A program made the position numbers and the translations under genes. A stretch of 63,175 nucleotides of DNA, counting the filler, from Trichomonas gallinae (Eukaryota), in assembly GCA_008369845.1 (NCBI GenBank). It is 5 parts of 5 records of this genome, joined end to end, with 100 filler letters (N's around TTAATTAATTAA, not from the genome) between each part and the next. Parts side by side here need not be neighbours in the genome. Positions count along the whole stretch, not along the records: positions 1 to 13,721 come from MRSU01000044.1; 4 more parts are not named here. One strand, written 5' to 3'. The notes beneath the pieces are model-generated. The model was not told where the DNA came from, did not search any database, and saw nothing but the letters and a program-made list of their open reading frames with translations. This document shows positions 1 through 11,146 of the stretch, piece after piece (positions within the stretch are counted from its first letter, which is position 1; every line of letters begins with the position of its first letter).

Positions 1-575
1 CCGATTTCTTTGAGATTCTCGCAGCCCTGGAATGTATCAACTGGTAAATTAGTCAATTTGCAGAATGCATCAACAACTAACAAATTTGCACAGTTTGCAA
101 GAAGTCCATTACCAATTGTTGTAACATGCTTGAATCCTTTGATTTCTGTCAAACTTGAACATCCGGAAAATACGTTATTACCAAGAGTTGTCAAATTTTC
201 AAAGGAAGGGATATGTTTTAGGCTTGTGCACCCTTGAAATGCACCTTCATTGATTGATAATAAATTTACGAGTCCGTGGACTTCAGACAATTGTGTGCAA
301 CCCTGGAAAGCACTCTTTTCAATGGTTTGAAGATTTGGATAGAAACTTAAGTTAATGACTTCAATTTTTGAATCTTGGAATGCACTTGCACGAATAATTG
401 ATACTTTATCATTAATAGTGCCTGTTGAAATATTGCAAGGTTTTGATTTATCTTCAAGCCCTGTTATTGCATTTTCTTCGATTTTAACGACACATTCGAA
501 GTCAGAATGAAGATTTAATGAATGTGGAGCAAAATGAGAGGCCCTTTTCAGTGAAAATAATCTGAAAAATTGCAT
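1..575 (-). CDS. BspA-like (TpLRR) leucine-rich repeat protein, 3' partial (runs off the window)
   Basis: Not in the ORF track. Manual minus-strand translation from ATG at 575: MQFFRLFSLKRASHF...IIRASAFQDSKIEVI...LQTIEKSAFQGCTQLSEV...SINEGAFQGCTSLKHI...LTTLGNNVFSGCSSLTEI, i.e. repeated LxxIxxxAFxGCxxLxxI units typical of the trichomonad BspA family. Confidence 0.9.
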   Translation of the reverse strand, partial: MQFFRLFSLKRASHFAPHSLNLHSDFECVVKIEENAITGLEDKSKPCNISTGTINDKVSIIRASAFQDSKIEVINLSFYPNLQTIEKSAFQGCTQLSEVHGLVNLLSINEGAFQGCTSLKHIPSFENLTTLGNNVFSGCSSLTEIKGFKHVTTIGNGLLANCANLLVVDAFCKLTNLPVDTFQGCENLKEI

Positions 576-876
576 TTTTATTTATAAAATTGTCAAAACC
601 GCCAAAAAAGATCACTTTCTTGGTTAAAAATTTGCCAGTCATAAAACTTGGTTTTTTTAACGAATTTTGGCGGAAATATCTACATATGCATCGACTCAAT
701 CAATAACAAAAAAAGTTCAAAAAAATGTCACTTTTATATTCTAATTCGCCAACCATAAATTAAATTTAACATGCTATCTTTATTAAATATCATATACAGC
801 TTAATTTTATCTAAAATAAATCCATAATATTGCAGATTATTGTCGATTTTAGAATTAATAAGGTTATTATTGTTAT

Positions 877-958
877 TTTACATGTCAAAATTTAATTATT
901 TTACACGTCAAATTTAAATTGATTTTATACATGTCAATTTTACAGATTTTACATGTCA
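877..958 (-). promoter_or_regulatory. Cluster of four TGACRTGTAAA-like motifs upstream of the BspA gene
   Basis: TTTACATGTCA 877, TTTACACGTCA 900, TATACATGTCA 926, TTTACATGTCA 948. Regulatory role is inferred. Confidence 0.5.
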
Positions 959-1313
959 AAATTTCTTTGTGATAATTTTGCACGGTAAATTAACTGATGA
1001 AATAGATTTTTGTATCCACATATCCAACTAATTTTTCCATAACTTTGAAATTTTTTATATCTTCATATTATAACTCAATAATATCTTTTTTTAGGAAGTA
1101 TTATTGTTTGATGGTATGTTGTACCATGTGAAATTGGACAACAAATATCTAAGAGATACTTTCATTTGTTCTGAATTATCATTAATTGAAATTAAAAGAA
1201 TGATTGAGAATGATACAAAAAATGAATAATGATAAAATAAATTACAAATAACATATTAGTTTATCTATTAAATAATCATATTAATATTAAAAAACATAAA
1301 AAACATAAAAAAA

Positions 1314-4300
1314 TTACCATTGGAACAAGAAGTCTTCTTCGTACATAGAACCGATTTCGTATGAGTTGTCTGGCATTGTTGGTGGTGGCGGTGGTGGTGG
1401 CGGCATGAAGCTAGTCTGGCCTCCCATCATCATGTTCTGTCCTAGGTCGAGCTGCATTGGTTCTGGCTCTGGCTTTGTGACAGTTGAGTAAAGTGGATCA
1501 ACTGGAAGCTGGAAGTATTGTGGAGGAAGGTTAAGAATAATCTTCTTCTGTGCATCTGGAGTCAACTGCAAGTAGACATCCTTGATCTTCATGTGGATGC
1601 TTTCTTGCTGCTTGATATCACGCAGCTCCTTGATGTTCGCTGAGTAGCACATAACGAAGTTAAATGCATCGATGAGGAAATCAAGTTTTCCTGTTTCACT
1701 CAGCGTTGAAACTTTCTGTATCCATTCAAGAAGCTTGTAGACGATTGACTCGATGCGCATGAGGTTCGGATTGTTCTGGCAGCGGGTGATGTAGACGACA
1801 TAGATTATCGCAGATATCGTCGTGAACTTTTCGAAATTGATTGATGAGTAATTGAACGCGATAAAAGTGTCAACCAGCTGGTCAATTGATTGTACTGATG
1901 CGATTTGAATTGCCGGGTGAATGAAATATGCGATCTCTCCATTGAAATTGATATCGCCTGCGCTAAGATGGAGCTGGAAGGACTGAACAGCAGCGTTAGC
2001 TATCATAGGTGATGAATAGATGTTGCTGTAAAGTTCTGAGCGCTTGTTTCTGTCGACGTGGAGACATGTTGACCAGCTCAACAAGAAAGTGTCTGCTTTC
2101 GCTTGATCCATTGGGGTGTTGAATATAGTGAAGAATGCTTCAGCGACATTCGTGAAATATTTGCTGATGTTAGACTTGTCGGGTGCTGAAAAAGTAACAG
2201 GGAATGTTTGGCCTTGTGAGTTGTTTGAGTAGAACAGGAAAACTTTCAGCCAGTAGCCAATGAATTTCGCGTTTTCTCTTGTAATCAGTTCCTTGATGTT
2301 TTCGATTGATTCTTCAAATGTTGAACACCTGGCACCTTCAGGGAGCATTGCGAAGAAGCAGCAAGGAAGTGTGACCGTTTGTGCAGTGGATGAATCGCAT
2401 TGATGGACGAGTTCGGCTGTAAGCTGCGGGAGTCTGCAATTCTGGCATATTATTGATATGTACGTCATCAAAAGATTGGTGTCGTTCGTGAAATTCTTGA
2501 CAATATTATCGTTTAATGTATTATATGGATTGAAGACATCTGGGTTCCTCTTTGCAGCTAAAATTAAGATGCTGGTGACTTTGGAAATGATTTCAGCAGG
2601 GAATCTCTTGCGTCTGCATTCTGAGAAATAATTAACTGGAAGATAATGACCGAATTTGAATGCATATGAGAAGAAGTCACTGAGTAGCTCCATTATCCTA
2701 TCAGTGAAATCTGATTCTTTGAAGCCAAGAATAACAGATAATAATGTTTTGATGAAGAAATTAGATGGCTGAGAAATGCAGCCACTCTCTGTGAACTCTT
2801 CGAAGAAATGGATAAGTGTCGATGATTTCAATGACTTAAAATTAAGAAGATTCGAGATAAATGTTGGCATTATTATTTCGAAGTCGTGGAGACAATCTAT
2901 TGAGTGGAAAGCATCGAACACGTGAAGACTGCATAAATAAGAGAATGTCCTGAAGAAATTACGAATGTTATCTGAATTAATATTTATCGATTTGAAGTTT
3001 TTAACGATTTGCGAGTAAGTTTCCTTGTATTTGTCTTGAACTACTATCGAATCTTTGAATTTTTCGTGGATTGAAATGAATAATTCGACAATTGTTGGAT
3101 TTGCAGTATTATTAAGCAATAACTCGATGAATGTGTTGAATTTTCCGTGTAATATGAGTATTGGAATGCTGTCTACAACACTAGAAAGTATTTTATGTGT
3201 GATATTAAACTTTGCATCCGGAGTTGTTTGAATTTTCTCGATTAATACCGGGAAAAGCGTATTTAAGTTGTATGTCATGATGATTTCTGCAGCTTCTGTG
3301 AATGATTTTGTATTTCCGCAAATAAACGAACCAATACAATATTGAACTGTATAAGGAAGTGATTCAAACTTAGATTTGTTGGCGAATATTATCTGTTCTG
3401 TGTTCTGAGAGCCATTTACGAATACTCTTATTGTCTCATCGAATGGATTTTGTCCTAAATGTTTTATTTCTTTCAAAAAGATTCTGATATTTTCTTTGGT
3501 TGGTCCATAGAACGGAAGTGTTGATACAATACTGATTGCTTCCGATTGCAAAGTCTGAAAATGCGAAGAAAACAGAAGAATATTAATAAAATCGACATAA
3601 TTGAAGAATTTCGCGGCCTGGAGTTCAGCGAATATATGCTTGAAGCAAGAGATTTCATCCACGTGCTGGAAAGCGAATTTTGCAAGATTTTCAACATCAA
3701 ATTCTGATTTTGGTAATAACTGGATGACGTAAACGATTGCAGCGGCGAGATGCGAGCTGTTCTCTGGGAACCAGAAAGGAATCTCGAGGAGATCAAAAAT
3801 GATCTGATTTGTTTCTTTTTTGTTTTGCAAAAACGCAATTATTCTCAATGTTCCATTTTTCAGCTTATTTAAGTCGAAATTCGGGTAGTTGCTTGTTATT
3901 AAGTTCTGCAGTTGATAAGACGCTGGAAGCAAAGACGAACTCGCTGCCTGATAAAGGAATCTACTTCTTCGAATCATATTCGGGGATTTAAGCATTAAAT
4001 TCGTAAGATCAGCACCTACTGAGTAATCATATAGCATTGGTATGTGAGAATAAGACTTAATTCCATTCAAAACTGAGAACTGGATGAGATGAGTTCTTTT
4101 TTGGCAAAAATCTTCTCTCATCATCGTATAATACGACTGTTTAGCCTTTTGAACTGTTTCTCCGACAGGGAAATCGATATTATTTGATAAAGCTTGCGCG
4201 CAAAGCATATGCGAACGAAATATTTCTTCTTTGAAGATAGTAAGGCAAACTGGACGCATTCTCTCAATCATTCCCGAAATAAATTCGTAGCAGTTGAGAA

Positions 4301-4835
4301 TGTTGCGTCTGTACGTGTAAAAACAGAGTTTTGCATAATATTCGTCATCATTCCATTTAAAATCGCGAAGTAGTGCTGTTAAGTCAAACCTATAATCGAA
4401 TTGGCGAACAATGTAGTGTAAAATCCAGGATCCTCTGTCAGGTGGAGTTCTTCCGTCGACGATATTTGTTAGAATGTTTTGTACGTCATCAAGATCAATT
4501 TTTGGGAACGGGCACATCGAGTAAGGATGAACTGTCGTGTCTGCAAAGTAAGACATGAAGAGAGGAAGACTTCCATCATGTAACTCTAGTTTAGGGCCTG
4601 GTTCTAGCTTACTTTCTTGCAATTTGACGATTTGCGGTAAATTTCTATCAAGATTTTGGAAGTTTGTGTCGAGATCGCCGAATTCTGTAGTTGTTGAATT
4701 TCGATCAGAGCCAACATTTATCAAAATCGAAGAATTTGATTCACCATACGGATACATTGGGACAAAAGGCTGAGAATTCCCTGGATCTGGAACTAAATAA
4801 GGCTTCTGCGCGAAATCGGTCACAAAGTTTTGCAT
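1314..4835 (-). CDS. MED12: Mediator kinase-module subunit MED12-like protein (divergent), 1173 aa
   Basis: Three collinear MED12-like blocks: FMSYFAD...FP...IL...RTPPDRGSWILHY (cf. VPxxRAxWxIK), YYAKLCFYTYRRNILNCYEFISGMIE (cf. YxxKLxxxMFxDGMLDRHEFLTWVLE) and IFAELQAAKFFNYVDFINILL (cf. LFxELIRxxVFSHxxYxxxLI). Pro/Met/Gln-rich tail. Comparison is from memory. Confidence 0.65.
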   Translation of the reverse strand: MQNFVTDFAQKPYLVPDPGNSQPFVPMYPYGESNSSILINVGSDRNSTTTEFGDLDTNFQNLDRNLPQIVKLQESKLEPGPKLELHDGSLPLFMSYFADTTVHPYSMCPFPKIDLDDVQNILTNIVDGRTPPDRGSWILHYIVRQFDYRFDLTALLRDFKWNDDEYYAKLCFYTYRRNILNCYEFISGMIERMRPVCLTIFKEEIFRSHMLCAQALSNNIDFPVGETVQKAKQSYYTMMREDFCQKRTHLIQFSVLNGIKSYSHIPMLYDYSVGADLTNLMLKSPNMIRRSRFLYQAASSSLLPASYQLQNLITSNYPNFDLNKLKNGTLRIIAFLQNKKETNQIIFDLLEIPFWFPENSSHLAAAIVYVIQLLPKSEFDVENLAKFAFQHVDEISCFKHIFAELQAAKFFNYVDFINILLFSSHFQTLQSEAISIVSTLPFYGPTKENIRIFLKEIKHLGQNPFDETIRVFVNGSQNTEQIIFANKSKFESLPYTVQYCIGSFICGNTKSFTEAAEIIMTYNLNTLFPVLIEKIQTTPDAKFNITHKILSSVVDSIPILILHGKFNTFIELLLNNTANPTIVELFISIHEKFKDSIVVQDKYKETYSQIVKNFKSININSDNIRNFFRTFSYLCSLHVFDAFHSIDCLHDFEIIMPTFISNLLNFKSLKSSTLIHFFEEFTESGCISQPSNFFIKTLLSVILGFKESDFTDRIMELLSDFFSYAFKFGHYLPVNYFSECRRKRFPAEIISKVTSILILAAKRNPDVFNPYNTLNDNIVKNFTNDTNLLMTYISIICQNCRLPQLTAELVHQCDSSTAQTVTLPCCFFAMLPEGARCSTFEESIENIKELITRENAKFIGYWLKVFLFYSNNSQGQTFPVTFSAPDKSNISKYFTNVAEAFFTIFNTPMDQAKADTFLLSWSTCLHVDRNKRSELYSNIYSSPMIANAAVQSFQLHLSAGDINFNGEIAYFIHPAIQIASVQSIDQLVDTFIAFNYSSINFEKFTTISAIIYVVYITRCQNNPNLMRIESIVYKLLEWIQKVSTLSETGKLDFLIDAFNFVMCYSANIKELRDIKQQESIHMKIKDVYLQLTPDAQKKIILNLPPQYFQLPVDPLYSTVTKPEPEPMQLDLGQNMMMGGQTSFMPPPPPPPPTMPDNSYEIGSMYEEDFLFQW

Positions 4836-6094
4836 TTTTTTGATTTTTTGGTGAATTAATTTTTTCGTTATATATCAATTCAACATATCATATAATGCCT
4901 AAAAACCAATAAAAATTGCATCATTGAATGGAAATTATTTGATATTTTTTTGCTTTTTATTGTCAATAAGCTTAATATATAATAATTATCCTATAAAACA
5001 ACTAAATTTCGTGATTAAATTTGAATTGTTAATAATTTGAAAATTTGATAAAAATATATTTTATTTTAGCGATCAATTTAGTGATAAAATATATCATATA
5101 TGAATATAGTATTATATGATCATGATATTGATTTTTGAAAAATATCAATACCAAAAATCCGATTTTTTGGTTTATCTATATATATAATAAAAACATTTCT
5201 ACATCTTCTTACTATTTTAAACAATGATGAGGGCAAAAACGCCTAGAAAAGGTGATTAAAAAAAATAGAAATTTGAGTCATTTTGGTAGAAAATGACATG
5301 TAAATCATACAAATTTCTCTTAAATATGACAATATGTCATGTAAAATTATCTGTATTAGGACTAAAATTTCCATTTTCTGGAAATTTAGGGCCTCTCTTT
5401 TTTTATTATGCCAATACTATAGGAGGCATTTTTGTGTCCGTAGCGCGAGTAACGCTCTCAATTTTGGAAGCTTAATATTGTTGCCAGTTCTTTTTAGATT
5501 GAGCGTCCAGTCGGCAAAATTATCTGCGTATGCTATGAGGAGCATCAGTCATAAGTGTTTGCATATGCATCTCTTTGGCATAATCGAGAAAATCAATCAA
5601 CAAGGTTAACTACATTATACAACGATTCTTGAGTGTCGTCAAATTATTAACTTACTCTAATAATGAGAGATTAGCGGCAGGAAATCAATCAAAATTGAAA
5701 ACTTAACTTTTGCGCCGCCAATTATCTAAAAGGAGTGCTATGAGAAACCTAAAAACCAGAACGTCATACTTTAGGGCATTATTCTATAGGTTATGAGGAT
5801 ACTACACCGCAGAGGATTCCACGAAAAAATATTAACAAAATCATCTAAGACTACGTTCAAACAATTGTTCATACAACATTCTAGCCGATTTAATTAAAAA
5901 AAAACCTGCATGTTATGAGGAAGTGAACTGGTGATTCTGACAAAAATTACCCTTTCTCACAAAATAAAAATCTTTCTTTATCCATTTAAAAGATAGATTA
6001 TTATATGTAGAATATAAATATCATAAATTTTTCCGAAAAAGTCATTATTTGACCGCGGCACCGCTTAATATTATTTTTTGACTACTTTTTTTGA

Positions 6095-7326
6095 ATGAGA
6101 ATCATAGCTAATAAGAAAAGATTCATAACTGTAATTCAAAAGGCATTTGAATCGAATCTTAACTACTCTATAATGGATGCCAAAGAAGGAACACCTAAAG
6201 TCAAAAATAGCATTAAATGCGAGAAAAATGCAACTTTGGAGCATCAGTGCAAAAACATTCCACAGATTATTCGTTCATTCAATGAAGAGGAATCCCAAGC
6301 TTGGATATTATACGAATATGTTCCTGGTCTTACAGTACATGAATTCGCTGAGAAATTTAAGGAAGATACTGCCAAACTTACTAAACTTCAGAAAGTAAAG
6401 ATTATTTATTCCTCATTGCAGATAATTCATACTTTATATAAGAAAGATCAGTGCCATCGTGATATCAGTTCGAAAAATATCATCTTCTATTGCGAAGGAA
6501 ATTCTTATGTTATCGATTTCAGTTTATGCAGGAAGCTTGAACAAGGTATTGGTGTCTCAACCCCACACGATTGTTTGTTTGGAACGAATCTTTATCGTTT
6601 TCGACATGCTAATGACCCTGTAAAGAAACAAATAGTTTACAACCACATGTATGACCTCATTTCATGGGCGAAAACTATGGTCACACTTCTTTCCGGGAAA
6701 TTCTTTGGCAATAATGTTAAAAAAGATAGACTCGATTCAGCATTTGTAAAACTTCTCAAGTCAGATGAACCTGCTGATAAACTTGCCGATGAACCTGTTG
6801 AATTACCTGCTGATAAACCTGCTAGACTTCTACTGTCAGTATTTCAATATGAAAGCATTCTCGAAAGTCTTTCGAAAATATATATCATATCTTGCAGATT
6901 GTGAAGATTTTGATTTTGAACGTTTTGCTGCACACGTCCAAGAGGAAGTCGAACTCGAGTTGTGTAAACTTGATTACAAATATATTTATAAATTCAATTC
7001 AGAGAAATTCAGACTTGAACTTCAAGGTTTGAGCAAAGAAAAACTTCTCACATTTCAATGAACAAGGCAGTGTGAATTATCTCGATTTTAATTTCGAAAA
7101 GTACATTGAGTTATTCAAAGAAGAATCCCGAAATATCTTAGGTAATGAATTCAGAATATTCGAAGAGTTTGCAACAAGTCTCGCATCATCGGGCAAAGAA
7201 TCGGAACACAGGATCGATGTCGATGCTGAAATGAATGAAAAGAATCGCGAGTTCTTTTCACTTCCAAAGAAACAGCCAATTTCTTTAGCTATAAACTCAA
7301 TGAACGTAATCAAAGCAAAAAATTAA
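6095..7326 (+). pseudogene. Protein kinase-like gene, apparently broken into three frames (6095-6904, 6765-7061, ~7050-7326)
   Basis: WILYEYVPG hinge, HRDISSKNIIF catalytic loop, VIDFS, GTNLY and YDLISW are present. No Gly-rich loop is visible. The downstream frames share an F[DN]xE[KR][FY] repeat, suggesting one original CDS with two frameshifts. Confidence 0.65.
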
Positions 7327-7544
7327 GTTTCGTTCTTGAATTCTTTATCCTTCCTTCAAATTGAGTGCTTTTTAATATCATTGGAAATCATAATATTGTT
7401 ATTATTCGAAAAAGCAAAAATAATGTCCTATATGATTTTATAAATCTTTTCTGAAAGTATGAAACAAAAGATTGCATTATGATAAATTTCAAAATTCAAA
7501 TTGTTTTCAAGATAAGTTAATAATAAAATAATCTTTATGCCACT

Positions 7545-10448
7545 CTATTGAATGATTGCCTGGAGAATTGCTCTCTTCTGTCTCTGGTTCGCATATTGTC
7601 TGAATACAAACTGGTTGACCTCTGACGACCCACAGAGTGCTTTGAACAAGTTCTTCGCTTGCTCAACAATCTCCGGGGCAACTTTTCTCTTCGAAACTTT
7701 CTGTGGTGCTTCAACGAAATATTTTGACAAAGCCATGGCGCAAGAAGTCATTGTATCCTGAGAGAACTGGCGCTGGAATATCACCAAGATCTGCTGTATC
7801 TGTGTCTCAGTCTCCGCCAAGTCAGCCGGCGGGAAGTACTTCAAGCACCTCTGCAAGTTAATCTCAGGGAACGAATGATCAACGGCAGCATAACTCAAGT
7901 AGAATGAGACGATGTTTGCGATCATTTCAGCATAGCCAGATTCCTTTTCAACGGCATTTGCGAACCATCTCTCAACGTAAGGCATCATCCTTGCAACGAC
8001 CTCGTTGAGCTCAGGGAATCTCCTGACGATCAGGCCCAAGAAATACGAAATATTGTGCTGCAAGTCTGGGTCGTCGATTTCGTCAGCATGGTTGATAACG
8101 AACATGCTCAGATTTGTCGGAATTGATGGATCTAATTCGCAGAACTCTATGGCATCGGAAAGGGCGCCTGTTATAGGATACATAACACCAACACTTTGTG
8201 CTTCGTTTAGCCACTCGAGCATGAAATTCGAGATTTCGTTCGCCTGTGGTAAATTGCATTCGAAAACTTTGCCAACGAAGACGCAGAAAGACTCAGCGAT
8301 GAATTCTGTGCATGGGGACTGTTTGGCTGGAACACCATCGAATATTGCCAGCTCTCCTGAGAAGAATTTGCTGATTAAATCGACTGCTGAAGTCATAAAA
8401 TGCTCTCTTTCGAAAACGACGCCGTATTTATAGACTGATTTCAAGCACTTGAATCCTGTGTCGAGGCATTCGAATTCTTGGTTCTTTATGATGGATTTAA
8501 CCATTAAGTCGTAGATAGAAATAATGTTTTCTTTGAAGAATTGATTTTCTTCTTCGTTTTCTGAAGGAACGAAGATTTTAACAACACTTCCCGCAGCAAG
8601 GAATGTGTTCTCTTCTGTAAGAAGAGCCTGGTTGTTCAGGAATCTGATGATTTGAGAAACTGTTATTTGCAATAATGATCTATTTCCGCTATAGCCTATG
8701 TAAAAAGCAGCTGTAATCAACGCGTGAAGGAAGCAGCCTGTTTCTTCATCGCCTGTAACAGGATTTACAAGAATTTGATTTATATTCTCAACAAATGGTT
8801 CGATAAATGAAACAGCTTCACCCTTGAATGTGCTGATGACGATCTTTAGTGTGTGGAAAACCTCATTAAGAAGCTGCTCGTTGTTCTCTTCGAAACATAA
8901 TGATATGATTCCTTGTGCAAGCTCAACTAAATCATCGATGAATGAGTTTTGTGCTACCATGATAGCTCCAATAACTTCAAGAGAAGCCGCGCGAACATCA
9001 AGTTCGCGTTCTTCATTCGAAATATCATCCAGCCATGTATAAATTGCGTCCATTCTGTCATCATCGATATCACTTGAGTGCAAAATGATCGATGAAACGA
9101 GAGAAATATAGCTTGTTATATCAGATGGAGGAATATTTTCCAAAATTGACCAAACTTCATCAAACAACCCAGAAATTTCATCATCCAATGTATCAAGGAG
9201 TTTGTTTAAGCTTGAATATGCGAGAATTCTTGTTGTATCATCAGAATCAACGATGCAATTTAATGTTGCAAGAATTATACCGATAATAACTGGTCTGAGC
9301 TTAGTTGGTGCATTCTCTAAGCTTGCCAATGATGTTAATGCGGTCTGTTTGATAGAAGTAATATCGCATGTGCAAGCTTCAGAGAATAATGTTTTGATAT
9401 ATTCTCCTTCGTTAGAAACAGCATCAGGAGCGAAGAGCAAAACATCTGAGATGAGTCTCAACGCGAGCATCTTAGGAGCAATGTCCTCTACGTTCATAAA
9501 CTCGCCAACTTTTTGGTAAATAACTTGGCCAATGTTTCTCTTCTCCAAAGCAGACTTGATGATATCTGTGCCATCTTCTGGGATGTTTCCTTCTGATTCT
9601 ATGACTTTGATGTTTGCTGTTAAGCAAAAAACAAGAATTTCGAGTAAATTTTCATCTGAAAGCAGTTGAACGCAGTCTTCAAAGTTGTTGGCAGCGAATA
9701 ATGCTGTAGCTGGATCCTCATCTGCGTGCTGCATAACAATATGAAGATAATTTGAAAATTGAGCATCGTCGACAATTTTGTTAACAAATAATTGTGAAAA
9801 TACTGTGCAGATCGAATATATCTGTGAATCTTTGAGAGAATCGTAATTTTGGAAGCCAAAATCGACAATTTGAACAATATTTTGTGCAGCATCAATAAAA
9901 GCTTGTGTATCTGTGCAAGCGATCAATATTGCAGCAATAGCCTCGAAATATTGGAACTGAAAGCCTTGAAAAACAGTAAATGCAATTTGAAGAAATGTTG
10001 CTGCGTTTAATTCTATTAATGATTCATCGATTGATGTACAGCCACTGAAAATAAGCATGATTGCCATGACTGGATCGCATGTTAGCGCAAATTGAACATA
10101 AGATGTCCAATCTTGGTTTCTATTTTGAAGTGCGTAGATGCATTCTGATATTTGGCTCTTGTATTCGTCATTAACATTAGATTTTGCGAGATTGTGGAAG
10201 AAATTTAATACTTCTTCATAAATTTGATCAGGAAAGTTCAAAAGATTTGCCTTAATGTATTTCAGTAGGTAAACTAATGTCGCATTTAGATGCTGTGGGA
10301 AATTTTGTATTGTAGCGATAAGAATTTGATAATAATCCTCAGCTTGCGAAAGTTGTTGAAGTTCTGCAGTAGCAGCATCAAGAACGGCCTGATCCGGGAC
10401 CTTAGATCTCTCTAAAAGCGTAATAAAATAATTCACTCTGTTTTCCAT
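7545..10448 (-). CDS. Importin-beta/karyopherin-like HEAT-repeat protein (importin-4/5-like), 967 aa
   Basis: N-terminus LLERSKVPDQAVLDAATAELQQL matches the IBN_N start pattern. Acidic, all-helical, about 970 aa, with HEAT-type segments (DDTTRILAYSSL, LDVRAASLEVIG). Confidence 0.7.
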   Translation of the reverse strand: MENRVNYFITLLERSKVPDQAVLDAATAELQQLSQAEDYYQILIATIQNFPQHLNATLVYLLKYIKANLLNFPDQIYEEVLNFFHNLAKSNVNDEYKSQISECIYALQNRNQDWTSYVQFALTCDPVMAIMLIFSGCTSIDESLIELNAATFLQIAFTVFQGFQFQYFEAIAAILIACTDTQAFIDAAQNIVQIVDFGFQNYDSLKDSQIYSICTVFSQLFVNKIVDDAQFSNYLHIVMQHADEDPATALFAANNFEDCVQLLSDENLLEILVFCLTANIKVIESEGNIPEDGTDIIKSALEKRNIGQVIYQKVGEFMNVEDIAPKMLALRLISDVLLFAPDAVSNEGEYIKTLFSEACTCDITSIKQTALTSLASLENAPTKLRPVIIGIILATLNCIVDSDDTTRILAYSSLNKLLDTLDDEISGLFDEVWSILENIPPSDITSYISLVSSIILHSSDIDDDRMDAIYTWLDDISNEERELDVRAASLEVIGAIMVAQNSFIDDLVELAQGIISLCFEENNEQLLNEVFHTLKIVISTFKGEAVSFIEPFVENINQILVNPVTGDEETGCFLHALITAAFYIGYSGNRSLLQITVSQIIRFLNNQALLTEENTFLAAGSVVKIFVPSENEEENQFFKENIISIYDLMVKSIIKNQEFECLDTGFKCLKSVYKYGVVFEREHFMTSAVDLISKFFSGELAIFDGVPAKQSPCTEFIAESFCVFVGKVFECNLPQANEISNFMLEWLNEAQSVGVMYPITGALSDAIEFCELDPSIPTNLSMFVINHADEIDDPDLQHNISYFLGLIVRRFPELNEVVARMMPYVERWFANAVEKESGYAEMIANIVSFYLSYAAVDHSFPEINLQRCLKYFPPADLAETETQIQQILVIFQRQFSQDTMTSCAMALSKYFVEAPQKVSKRKVAPEIVEQAKNLFKALCGSSEVNQFVFRQYANQRQKRAILQAIIQ

Positions 10449-10585
10449 CCAAAATCTGACCTGAACAAAGGACGATAAAAGATTTTAAAATACATTTTTG
10501 CGATTTAAGCTATTATTTCATATCTATATCAACAATGCTATCGAATGGAATAAAAATTAGGCTTTTTTGACTTGAAATCAAAATG

Positions 10586-10978
10586 TTTTTTTTATCAACT
10601 CATCTGATTTAAAAATCATAATGCATAGCCTTATGTTATCAAAATACTAACTTGTTGAATAATAAAAAACATTCTAATAGAAATAATTTTTATATCTCAA
10701 CTTATCTGCTTTACAAATCATAATGTATAACTTTGTATTATCAAATACTAACTTATTAGATGATATAAAACATCCTAATAGAAAAAATGTTTTTTTTATC
10801 AATTTATATCAATTAAAAGCATAATACATAACATTATGTTATTGAAATACTAACTTGTTGAATGATAAAAAAACGCTCTAATAGGAATACATTTATTTTA
10901 TCAACTCATCTGATTAATTATCATAATATGTTATCAATATGTTATCAATATACTAACTTGTTGAATGATAAAAAACAT
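10586..10978. repeat. Degenerate tandem repeat, about 102-bp unit x 4
   Basis: TACTAACTT anchors at 10645, 10746, 10848 and 10951 (spacing 101, 102, 103), with shared TTTATCAACTCATCTGATT and CTAATAG blocks. Confidence 0.85.
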
Positions 10979-11146
10979 TGGCAATGTCAGTTATATTGAT
11001 TAACTTCATGGTTAACCATTAAGAGGCTTATCAATGTTCGCACAGACTCAAAACGGCTGCTTTCATTTAGAAACATTTAAATGAAATTTCTGCAACAGTT
11101 CTTTGAAATATAAATCAAAATAAACAGTGCACAACTATGAAGCATG

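Noticed and set aside
10..699. Track ORFs 10..237 (+) and 502..699 (-)
   Set aside because: They are antisense or off-frame shadows of the BspA CDS (575..1) and its promoter.
10645..10957. TACTAAC branch-point-like words in the 102-bp repeat
   Set aside because: They are not followed by the trichomonad ACACAG 3' splice motif, have no flanking exons, and lie on the opposite strand to both neighbouring genes.
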